From Thermoplasmata archaeon (GTDB lineage: Archaea; Thermoplasmatota; Thermoplasmata; Lutacidiplasmatales; UBA184), in NCBI GenBank assembly GCA_028864975.1, contig JAGWLG010000002.1, forward strand, positions 96,001 to 160,000: a stretch of DNA of 64,000 nt. The letters are read 5' to 3'. The notes under the pieces were generated by a model. That model saw only the letters and a program-made list of their open reading frames with translations, searched no databases and had not been told where the DNA came from. Shown here one piece after another: positions 10,455-18,329 of this stretch. A program made the translations under genes and the position numbers. Each line of letters opens with the position of its first letter. Position 1 is the stretch's first letter.

Positions 10455-10483
10455 CGGCGGTGGGCTAATATCCCCCACCGCCG
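10455..10483. promoter_or_regulatory. perfect 10-bp inverted repeat around an AT-rich core in the divergent peptidase/AIM24 promoter region
   Basis: CGGCGGTGGG-ctaatatcc-CCCACCGCCG. Confidence 0.55.
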
Positions 10484-10507
10484 CTCGCCCACCTCAAGGT
10501 CGCGCTC

Positions 10508-11155
10508 GTGCAGCTGGAGACGCTCAAGGGGATCGTGCCCGCCGTGCTGGCGACGCTCGGACCCCAGGAGGCGGTCTACTGCGAGCATGGCATCATGTTG
10601 TACAAGGACCCCACCGTGGGGGTCGGCCGTAAGACGATCAAGTCCGGCGGCATGTTCGGCGCGCTCAAGCGCGAGACCGTGGGAGGGATCCCCTTCTTCC
10701 TCGCCGAGTTCGTCGGTCCTGGCTCCGTCGCCTTCTCCCGAGATGGGGTGGGCGAGATCCGCGAGATCGAGCTCGCCCCCGGGGAGGTCCTGGACGTGGC
10801 GGAAGGGTCGCTTCTCTGCGCCGAGAACCGCATTCCCTACGACATGTTCTACGTCTCGGGCACGCACCGCCCCGGACGGATGGTGGGGTTCTGGATGGAC
10901 CGGCTCACCGGACCTGGGTGGGTCGCGCTGCACGGCTTCGGGAACATCATCTCCATGTCCCTCGCCCCCGGCGAAAAGATGACCTGCGACTACGGGGCCC
11001 TGCTCTGGAAGAGCGCGAGCGTCCAAGCGAAGTCCCTGAACCTTCCGTTCGGCGGCGGCCTTCTGGGGAAGCTTGAGTCCTACGAGGTCTTGGAGCTCAT
11101 TGGCCCGGGGAAGGTGGCGCTCCAGAGCGTCGACCCGAAGAAGCCGCACAGCTGA
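10508..11155 (+). CDS. AIM24 (TRAP-like fold) family protein, paralogue 1
   Basis: LGPQEAVYCEHGIM, FFLAEFVGPGSVAF, LAPGE and LTGPGWVALHGFGNI, which is the typical AIM24 pattern. GTG start. Confidence 0.88.
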   Translation: MQLETLKGIVPAVLATLGPQEAVYCEHGIMLYKDPTVGVGRKTIKSGGMFGALKRETVGGIPFFLAEFVGPGSVAFSRDGVGEIREIELAPGEVLDVAEGSLLCAENRIPYDMFYVSGTHRPGRMVGFWMDRLTGPGWVALHGFGNIISMSLAPGEKMTCDYGALLWKSASVQAKSLNLPFGGGLLGKLESYEVLELIGPGKVALQSVDPKKPHS

Positions 11156-11187
11156 GGACCCTCCACGAGGAAGCAGGAGAACGAGCC

Positions 11188-11367
11188 ATGCCGATACCGG
11201 AAGAGTTCACGAAGAAGCGGACCGAAGTGACGATCAGCCGTGCGGTGCTCAAGGAGATCAACTGCAAGAGCTGCGGGGCGAAGATCGACCCGGCCAATAT
11301 CAAGGGCGGCTACGCTCGCTGCTCCTACTGCGGCGGAACCTACAACCTCGACGTCCAGGGAGCGTAG
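11188..11367 (+). CDS. small zinc-ribbon protein (59 aa), absent from ORF track
   Basis: MPIPEEFTKKRTEVTISRAVLKEINCKSCGAKIDPANIKGGYARCSYCGGTYNLDVQGA. Two CxxC pairs, AGGAGA RBS upstream, host-like codon usage, and it fills the gap between AIM24 genes. Confidence 0.85.
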   Translation: MPIPEEFTKKRTEVTISRAVLKEINCKSCGAKIDPANIKGGYARCSYCGGTYNLDVQGA

Positions 11368-11379
11368 GGGGGGTCTCTC

Positions 11380-12030
11380 GTGAAGGCCGACACGGTCGGG
11401 GGGATCACCCCTGCGGTCCTGGTCCAGCTGCGGCCCGGCGAGAAGGTCCTCGCGGCCCACGAGATCATGCTCCACATGGACGGGGAGGTCAAGCTCCACC
11501 GCAAGACGCTGAAGCATCTGGGGGTCTCCACGGCCCACCTGATGTCGATGCGGGCCAAAGGGGACTCGGAAGAGAACTACTTCTTCGCCGAGTTCGAAGG
11601 CCCGGGGAACGTCACCTTCTCGCGCGACAAGGCCGGGGAGGTACGGATCCTCCAGCTGGCCCCCGGCCAGGCGATCCGGCTGCGCTCGGGCCATCTCATC
11701 TGCTTCGACGAGACGGTTCGGTACTTCCCCATGGTCGTCGCACGTTGGGTGGTGAAGAAGGGGAACGACCAGGAGACGGAGTACATCTTCGCGGATGAGC
11801 TCACGGGACCTGGTACGGTCGTCTTCCAGTCACACGGGAACATCCTCTCCTTCAACCTTCAGCCGGGGGAGGCCATGCGCACCTCTACCGAGGGGTGGCT
11901 AGCGAGTGCGCCCACCACCCAGGTCAACGTGACGTGGTTCGCCCCACGCATGGGGGGGGTGGGGGTGAATCCCCGGCCGGTCCTTCACCTGGTGGGGCCA
12001 GGCTCCGTCATGGTCCACAGCGGGGTGTAG
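11380..12030 (+). CDS. AIM24 family protein, paralogue 2
   Basis: LRPGEKVLAAHEIM, FFAEFEGPGNVTF and LTGPGTVVFQSHGNI. GTG start. Confidence 0.88.
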   Translation: MKADTVGGITPAVLVQLRPGEKVLAAHEIMLHMDGEVKLHRKTLKHLGVSTAHLMSMRAKGDSEENYFFAEFEGPGNVTFSRDKAGEVRILQLAPGQAIRLRSGHLICFDETVRYFPMVVARWVVKKGNDQETEYIFADELTGPGTVVFQSHGNILSFNLQPGEAMRTSTEGWLASAPTTQVNVTWFAPRMGGVGVNPRPVLHLVGPGSVMVHSGV

Positions 12031-12032
12031 CG

Positions 12033-12689
12033 ATGCAGGTGAACGTCCAAGGGAACTTCGTCCCCGTCGCCCTGGTCCAGCTCAACCCCGGCGAGGAGAT
12101 CTTCTGCGAAGGGGGGCTCATGGTCTACGCCGACCCCTCCATCCAGATGAGCATCCGCCCGTTCACCCAGGGGGGGATGGGCCAGACCCTGCGACGGACC
12201 CTGGTCGGCGGGGTCCCGTTCTGGATGCACGTCTTCCACGGACCGGGGTATGTCGCGTTCAGCCGGTTCGGTCCTGGGGAGATCCGGGTGCAAGAGTTGG
12301 CCCCGGGACAGGTCGTCGACATCGCCGAGCACTCCCTCCTTCTCGCGTCGAACACGGTGCGCTACGACACCTACTACGTGGCCGGGACGGGGCGCATCGG
12401 GAGGATGGTCGGGTTCTGGATGGACCGGCTGACCGGCCCCGGCACGATCGTCTACCACGGCCACGGCGACATCCTGGGATTCGACCTCAAGCCAGGAGAG
12501 TCGATGCAGATCGACCATGGTGGGCTCCTCCGCAAGGATGCTACGGTGCAGATCCGGGCGTTCAACCAGCCTCTGGGCCAGGGGCTGATGGGGCACGCGA
12601 TGAGCTTCGAGGCCCTCCAGGTGGATGGCCCTGGGCGTCTCGAGCTGCAGACCGTGGACCCGACGCACCGTGGGGCGGGGGGCGGTTAG
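12033..12689 (+). CDS. AIM24 family protein, paralogue 3
   Basis: LNPGEEIFCEGGLM, LAPGQVVD and LTGPGTIVYHGHGDI. ATG lies 2 nt after the previous stop. Confidence 0.88.
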   Translation: MQVNVQGNFVPVALVQLNPGEEIFCEGGLMVYADPSIQMSIRPFTQGGMGQTLRRTLVGGVPFWMHVFHGPGYVAFSRFGPGEIRVQELAPGQVVDIAEHSLLLASNTVRYDTYYVAGTGRIGRMVGFWMDRLTGPGTIVYHGHGDILGFDLKPGESMQIDHGGLLRKDATVQIRAFNQPLGQGLMGHAMSFEALQVDGPGRLELQTVDPTHRGAGGG

Positions 12690-12753
12690 CCCACCCGGGC
12701 CGCCCATCCTCCCCTCCCCCACGCTTAAGGCGATGGCTCGTGACCCCCGGTCC

Positions 12754-14277
12754 ATGAGCGGCCCGGTGGTCTTGGATGGCAACCACCTCACACTCTCGGA
12801 CGTGGTGAGCGTCGCGCGCCAAGGACGGCCGGTGGAGATCTCCGCGGAGGCCCGGGCCAGGATGGAGAAGGCCCGGGCCGCAGTCCTCCACATTGTCTCG
12901 GACGGGAGGCCAGTTTACGGGGTGAACACCGGCTTCGGACGCCTATCGGACCGAATCGTTCCCAAGGAACAGCTGCCCGAGCTCCAGCGGAACCTGGTCC
13001 GCTCCCACGCGAGCGGGGTGGGACCCGACCTACCCCGAGAGCTGGTCCGGGCGATGATGCTCCTTCGGGCCAACAGTCTCGCCAAGGGGGTTTCCGGGGT
13101 ACGGGTCGAGGTCGTGGAGACGCTCCTGGCCGCGCTCCACCACGATCTGGTCCCCGCCATCCCGGAGCAGGGCTCGGTCGGGGCCTCCGGGGACCTTGCC
13201 CCGCTCGCTCACCTTGCCTTGGCGTTGATGGGCGAGGGGGAGGTGATCGACGAGCGGGGGCACCGGATGCCCTCCTCCGGGGCCCTTGCGAAGGCGAAGG
13301 TCCCTCCGATCACGCTGGTCGAGAAGGAGGGGATCTCTCTCGTCAATGGAACCTGCCTGATGGCCTCCCAGCTCTCCTTCCTGGTCCATGACGGGGAGGC
13401 GTTGCTCCGAATCTCCGAGCTCGCCGCGGCCGTCTCCTTCGACGCCCTCAAAGGGAACGTTGGCGCCCTCGACCCGCGGCTGCACGAAGCCCGCAACCTC
13501 CCCGCCCAGAGCTCGGTCGCTGCCGAGATGCGCACCCTCCTCTCCGGGAGTTCACTGACCCGGGCCCCCGGCGACTACCAAGGGCAGGACCCCTACGTCC
13601 TCCGCTGCATCCCCCAGGTCCTCGGGGCCGTTCGCCTCGGCCTTTCCTGGGCGCGATCGGTGGCGGAAGGGGAGCTCAACGCGGCCTCGGACAATCCTCT
13701 CGTCTTCGACGGGGAGTTCCTCTCCGGCGGGAACTTCCACGGGCAGCCGCTCGCGCTCGCCCTCGATACCGTAGGCCTCGCCCTATCCTATCTAGGAAGC
13801 TTCAGCGAGCGGCGGACCGCCCGCTTGGTCGACGCGGACCTCTCCCGGGGGCTTTCCCCGTTCCTTTCCGCCTCCCCAGGGTTCTCTTCCGGGTACATGA
13901 TCCCCCCCTACGTGGCGGCGTCGCTGGTCGCGGAGGACCAGGTCCTGGTCCACCCCGCGAGCGCCGCCTCGCTCCCCACGTCGGCGAACCAGGAGGACTT
14001 CAACAGCATGGGTGCGACCGCGGGAAGGAAGGGGCTCCGGCTGCTCGAGAACCTCCGCAGGATCCTCGCGATCGAGCTCATGGTCGGGGTGCAGGCACTA
14101 GAGCAGCGGGGTCCCTCACGTGGCGGGAAGGGGAGCGAGACCGTTCGGGCCGCGGTCCGGACCCGTATCCCCCCCCTCACCGAAGACCGCCCCCCTGCCC
14201 CGGACATCGAGCGGCTCTACGAGGCCCTTCGCGAAGGGTCGTTCCTGGCTGACGTCGAGCGGAGCCTAGGGGCCTAG
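12754..14277 (+). CDS. hutH: histidine ammonia-lyase
   Basis: VYGVNTGFG, GSVGASGDLAPL (MIO-forming ASG), QDPYVLRC, SGGNFHG and NQEDFNSMG. CTTAAG element about 25 nt upstream of ATG 12754. Confidence 0.95.
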   Translation: MSGPVVLDGNHLTLSDVVSVARQGRPVEISAEARARMEKARAAVLHIVSDGRPVYGVNTGFGRLSDRIVPKEQLPELQRNLVRSHASGVGPDLPRELVRAMMLLRANSLAKGVSGVRVEVVETLLAALHHDLVPAIPEQGSVGASGDLAPLAHLALALMGEGEVIDERGHRMPSSGALAKAKVPPITLVEKEGISLVNGTCLMASQLSFLVHDGEALLRISELAAAVSFDALKGNVGALDPRLHEARNLPAQSSVAAEMRTLLSGSSLTRAPGDYQGQDPYVLRCIPQVLGAVRLGLSWARSVAEGELNAASDNPLVFDGEFLSGGNFHGQPLALALDTVGLALSYLGSFSERRTARLVDADLSRGLSPFLSASPGFSSGYMIPPYVAASLVAEDQVLVHPASAASLPTSANQEDFNSMGATAGRKGLRLLENLRRILAIELMVGVQALEQRGPSRGGKGSETVRAAVRTRIPPLTEDRPPAPDIERLYEALREGSFLADVERSLGA

Positions 14278-14999
14278 AGCTCGTTCTGCACCCCGAGCGC
14301 CCTTCCACACCCTCGGCATCGCAGTGCCGACAGAGCGTTATCCCACCCGCAACTCGTGCAGCTGACCGAGATCGCGCCGATGGGGGGCGGGGGGGCACCC
14401 CCGCCCGGCCTTCCGTCGGACGTGCCCCCTCCAAGCGGGCCAGGGAACGTGAGCGGGGGAAGCCTCCGCTGGGCCTCCCGGACCCCCAGGTAGACCTGGA
14501 GAGGTCCCACCAAGAGCGGCAACAGCGTCAACGCGGCACCCATCCGGATCCTCTCGCTGCTGAACCGAACGCCCGCGCGATAGACCCCGACCAGGGTCGC
14601 GGCGTAGCCGGCCAAGAGCACCACCCCTCCCACGAGAAGGGCGCTGGGGGTCGTCCAAAGGATGAGGCCGGTGAGCGCGAGACCGACCACCGAAAGGGGA
14701 GCATAGGCCCAGGGGACCTGGAAGGACGGCTTGTCGAGCTTTCGCAACACGTCGAGGGCGAGGTAGTAGGCGAGGAGGGAGGCAAGGTAGGCGAGGATGG
14801 AGGTGATGGCGACCGAGGTGGAGACGGTGAGGAGACCTGCGGGGCCCCCCAGGAGGGTGACCAGGGAACCGAGGCTCGAGATGAACAGGGACGTGAACGC
14901 GACGAAGAGGAGAACCATCGCCTGGGAAGCCAGGGAGAAGGTCGCCCCCCACCGAAGGAAGTGGAGGGCATCCGTGTCCAGTGGCCGGGTGCTCCACAT
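14274..14999 (-). CDS. membrane protein with C-terminal double zinc ribbon
   Basis: About 5-6 hydrophobic helices, a Gly/Pro linker, then CTSCGWDNALSALRCRGCG. Confidence 0.7.
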   Translation of the reverse strand: MWSTRPLDTDALHFLRWGATFSLASQAMVLLFVAFTSLFISSLGSLVTLLGGPAGLLTVSTSVAITSILAYLASLLAYYLALDVLRKLDKPSFQVPWAYAPLSVVGLALTGLILWTTPSALLVGGVVLLAGYAATLVGVYRAGVRFSSERIRMGAALTLLPLLVGPLQVYLGVREAQRRLPPLTFPGPLGGGTSDGRPGGGAPPPPIGAISVSCTSCGWDNALSALRCRGCGRALGVQNEL

Positions 15000-15039
15000 T
15001 CCGGACGCATGGGGGGTCGATGGCTATTGGACCTTCCGA

Positions 15040-15290
15040 AGGAGGGAGGGGGGAAGCGTTCCCCAGCCTTTCGGCCCACCAAGAACGCGCCCTAAGGCGC
15101 TGGGAAGGGGAAGGCTCGGGTGGGGTAGGCTCTTGGTCTCGCGGACGGTGCCACCGGAGACGCTACCCCACCTGAGCCCGAGGCCAAATGTACAATGCCG
15201 TCGCCGTCCTAAATAGCTAACTCCGAACCTCGGAACACGTGAAATGTGCTGGGGGAGGGGTCCGCGAACTTCCCACCCCCCTAGCTTCCG
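15040..15290. ncRNA. candidate structured RNA or long leader (unassigned)
   Basis: 16-bp stem 15113-15128/15163-15178 with one G-U pair and nested GTCTC/GAGAC and CGGT/ACCG helices, plus smaller hairpins (GCGCC-ctaa-GGCGC, GCC-tttc-GGC, a G-run/C-run stem at about 15248-15285). No convincing ORF. Confidence 0.35.
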
Positions 15291-15356
15291 AACTGAAACC
15301 ACCAAGAACCTGAGCGCTTGAAGACCGTTCGAGCGGAGGGGGGGAGGACCGCCAAC

Positions 15357-16781
15357 GTGAGGGCGACCCGACGACAGGGGGGCCACCGGCCCGCCATCCG
15401 TAGCTCCGCACGGCCGGCCACGACCGCTCTTGGCGGGAGGGCGGGGGGACCGCTTCGCGCCCCACATGGCCTCCCGTTGGAGGTCTCGTCCGAGGTCCTC
15501 GCCCAGGTCGATCACGATGCCTCGGGGGCGCGTGGCCGTCCATCCGCCCGGGTCTGCCCCAAGACCGAGAGGGACGTCGTGGCCTTGGTCCGGTGGGCAC
15601 GCCGCCACCACATCCCCCTGGTCCCGCGGGGAGCGGGAACCTCGCTCGACGGAGAGAGCGTCCCACGGCGCGGCGCGGTCGTCGTCGACCTCTCGCGGAT
15701 GGACCGGATCCTTGAGGTCCGCGAGGAGGACCTCTGGGCCCGCGTCGAACCCGGACTGGTCAACTACCGACTGCAAGAGGCGCTGCGCCCGAAGGGGCTG
15801 TTCTACCCCCCCAATCCCGGGAGCTGGGAGTCTTCCACCATTGGGGGGAACGCCTCGACCAACGCTTCCGGGTTCCGCTCCTTCCGCTACGGCCCCACAC
15901 GAGCGTGGGTGATCCGTGCCCGGGCGGTCCTCGGCACGGGGGAGGTCGTCCAGGTGGGCACGCTCTCCGCGAAGCGTTCCGCCGGACCGGACCTCCTCAC
16001 TTCGCTCTTGGGCAGCGAGGGGACCTTCGCGATCTTCACCGAGCTGACGCTCCGACTGGTCCCGACCCCGGCTCGCCGTGTGGGGCTCCTCGCCCAGGTC
16101 CCCGAGGGGGTCTCGCTCGGGCATTTGGCGCAAGGCCTCCAGTGGGCCCGACGGGAAGGTCTCTCGGCCGTGGAATGGGTGGATGCACGGGTCGGGGCGG
16201 CGCTCCTGCGAGGCACCGGACTTCCGCTTCGGGAGGGTCGCGGAGCGCTCCTGCTGGAGGTCGAGGTCCCGCGGGAGATCGCGGACACCGTCCTCGAGCG
16301 ATGGTCGGTCGCGCTCAAGGGCTTGGGGCTGCCAGAAGAGGTGGGGTTGTTCGAGGACGCGGACCAGCTGTGGAAGGCTCGCGGGAAGGCGGGAACCCTC
16401 CTCGACAAGGAGGTGGGGGAGAGGGTCCGGGAGGACGTGGCCGTCCCGCTCTCCTCCTGGGACCGACTGATCGAAGGGGTCCAAGAGCTCGCACAACGCC
16501 ACGAGGTCGGGTTGCTCATGTACGCCCATCTGGGGGAGGGCAGCCTCCATCCGAACTTCATAGTCGACCCCGTCTCCCCCCTCGCGCGACGCCTCCGGCG
16601 CGAGCTCTGGGAGCTCGCTTGGTCCCTGGACGGCACCGCGAGCTCCGAACACGGGCTCGGGTCGCTCAAGGCCGGAGCGTTCGTGCGTGAGCACGGGCCC
16701 GCGGCCGTGCGGGCGCTGCGCGCCCTGAAGCAGAGCTGCGACCCCGACGGGATCCTGAACCCCGGGAAGTTCTGGGGCTGA
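15357..16781 (+). CDS. FAD-binding oxidoreductase, GlcD/D-lactate dehydrogenase family
   Basis: VPRGAGTSLDG, STIGGNASTNASG, GSEGTFAI, HLGEGSLHPN, EHGLG and DPDGILNPGK. Start uncertain (15318, 15357 or 15477). Confidence 0.9.
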   Translation: MRATRRQGGHRPAIRSSARPATTALGGRAGGPLRAPHGLPLEVSSEVLAQVDHDASGARGRPSARVCPKTERDVVALVRWARRHHIPLVPRGAGTSLDGESVPRRGAVVVDLSRMDRILEVREEDLWARVEPGLVNYRLQEALRPKGLFYPPNPGSWESSTIGGNASTNASGFRSFRYGPTRAWVIRARAVLGTGEVVQVGTLSAKRSAGPDLLTSLLGSEGTFAIFTELTLRLVPTPARRVGLLAQVPEGVSLGHLAQGLQWARREGLSAVEWVDARVGAALLRGTGLPLREGRGALLLEVEVPREIADTVLERWSVALKGLGLPEEVGLFEDADQLWKARGKAGTLLDKEVGERVREDVAVPLSSWDRLIEGVQELAQRHEVGLLMYAHLGEGSLHPNFIVDPVSPLARRLRRELWELAWSLDGTASSEHGLGSLKAGAFVREHGPAAVRALRALKQSCDPDGILNPGKFWG

Positions 16782-17883
16782 CCCACACGAGCATCTTGCA
16801 GGTCGCCGTCGGGAGGGGAAGGGCGGGGAGCTCACGCGCCGTGACCCAGCGCAAGGTTCGCTCGACTCCCAGGGGGTGGCCGGTTCCCTTCGTCCCGGCG
16901 AGCCGAAAGACGTGGAGGGTCGCGTGGAAATGGCTGTAGTCATGTTCGACATCGCCCAAGTGCTCGACCACGCTCGTGCGCAGGCCGGCCTCCTCTCGGA
17001 ACTCTCGGATGATGGCGGCCTCCGCGGACTCTCCCGGCTTCAGCTTGCCCCCCGGGAACTCCCAAAGGCCGCCGAGCAACCCGCCGGGAGGCCGCTGACC
17101 CACGAGCCATCGTCCCTCGCGCTCGAGGAGACCCACCGCGGCCTCCACGCGAGGGCGGACGGGTCGGGGCCGGCGCGGCGGGAAGGCCCCGGGATCGGGG
17201 AGCTCTTGACGTGCCGCGCACCGACGGGCGAGCGGACACGCGCCGCAGCGAGGGGAGCGCGCCGTGCAGTAGCGCTGCCCGAGCTCCATCAACGCCTCGT
17301 TGAACGCGCGCGGTGGGTGGCCACCTAGGGCCTGCCGCCCGAGGGCCTCGGCCCTGGGGGCGGTCTTCCCCCCCGAGGGGTCGATCAGGAACAATCGCGC
17401 GAGGACGCGCAGGGCGTTCGCATCCAACGCGACCACCGGGACACCGAAGGCGATCGCGGCCACGGCCCGGGACGTGTAGGGCCCGAAACCTGGGAGCTGC
17501 TCCATCTCCTCGACCTCGGAGGGGAGCTTCCCTTGGCGCCGGTGGATGAGGAACTGTGCGGCCTCGTGCAGTCGATGGGCACGCGCGTAGTATCCCGCCC
17601 CTTCCCACACCTTCAGAACCTCCTCGCGGCGGGCCTGGGCGAGCTCCTCGATCGTCGGAAAGGCGGCGAGGAAGCGCCCGTAGTACGGACGCGCCTGCTC
17701 GACCCGCGTCTGCTGGAGAAGCACTTCGGCGACCCAGATCCGATACGGGTCCCGGGTTCGACGCCACGGAAGGTCGAGGGCCTCTCGTTCGAACCATGCG
17801 ACTAGCCTGTCGCCGACCTCCCGGACCCCCCGGGCCCACCGAGCGCTCTTCGGTCGCTTCACCCCCCGGCACGGGACCGTCAA
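16666..17883 (-). CDS. mutY: A/G-specific adenine glycosylase MutY with C-terminal Nudix domain
   Basis: LPWRRTRDPYRIWVAEVLLQQT, HhH LPGFGPYT, LDAN, C-x6-C-x2-C-x5-C FeS motif, and Nudix box GKLKPGESAEAAIIREFREEAGL. Confidence 0.93.
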   Translation of the reverse strand: MTVPCRGVKRPKSARWARGVREVGDRLVAWFEREALDLPWRRTRDPYRIWVAEVLLQQTRVEQARPYYGRFLAAFPTIEELAQARREEVLKVWEGAGYYARAHRLHEAAQFLIHRRQGKLPSEVEEMEQLPGFGPYTSRAVAAIAFGVPVVALDANALRVLARLFLIDPSGGKTAPRAEALGRQALGGHPPRAFNEALMELGQRYCTARSPRCGACPLARRCAARQELPDPGAFPPRRPRPVRPRVEAAVGLLEREGRWLVGQRPPGGLLGGLWEFPGGKLKPGESAEAAIIREFREEAGLRTSVVEHLGDVEHDYSHFHATLHVFRLAGTKGTGHPLGVERTLRWVTARELPALPLPTATCKMLVWVSPRTSRGSGSRRGRSSASGRAAPARPRARAHARTLRP

Positions 17884-17925
17884 GGTTCATGAGGTGCTAG
17901 TTCCGTGGGCGTACAGGGTGGGAGC

Positions 17926-18285
17926 ATGACCGCGAAGGACGAAGGGTCGGGACAGGGGGACTTGGCTAAGGTCACCGACGCGACGTTCGACGAGAAGGTC
18001 CTCCAGTCGCCGGTCCCGGTGGTCGTGGACTTCTACGCGGACTGGTGCGGCCCGTGCCGCCAGGCGGAGCCGTTACTCTCCCGTCTCTCCACGACCCTGC
18101 AGGGAAAGGTCCGGTTCGCACGTCTCAACGTGGACGAGAACGAGCAAACGGCGGAAAGCTACGGGGTCTATTCCATCCCCACGTTCATCTTCGTCGAGCG
18201 AGGTACCGAACGCGGGCGCCAGGTGGGACTCCTCGCGGAGAACGAGTTCCGCACGATCCTGAAGAAGTACTTCTCCTCGGTCTGA
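17926..18285 (+). CDS. trxA: thioredoxin
   Basis: VVVDFYADWCGPC and YGVYSIPT. Confidence 0.95.
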   Translation: MTAKDEGSGQGDLAKVTDATFDEKVLQSPVPVVVDFYADWCGPCRQAEPLLSRLSTTLQGKVRFARLNVDENEQTAESYGVYSIPTFIFVERGTERGRQVGLLAENEFRTILKKYFSSV

Positions 18286-18329
18286 CCTCCCCCGATCGTG
18301 AGGCCGGAAACCCTGCCGAGGCCGTGCTG

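Noticed and set aside
15188-15220. Micro-ORF MYNAVAVLNS in the AT-rich intergenic patch
   Set aside because: Only 10 codons, no RBS and no supporting features. The AT-richness is better explained by promoter elements.
15040-15290. Possible SRP RNA, RNase P RNA or TPP/fluoride riboswitch
   Set aside because: I could not find the conserved cores (SRP helix 8 CAGG...GGAA...AGCA, RNase P GAGGAAAGUCC, TPP CUGAGA) on either strand. Kept only as an unassigned structured candidate.
16666-16781. 116-nt convergent overlap of mutY and the FAD oxidoreductase as a sign of a frameshift
   Set aside because: Both proteins have complete domains before the overlap. The MutY extension is a low-complexity tail, which is common in GC-rich genomes.
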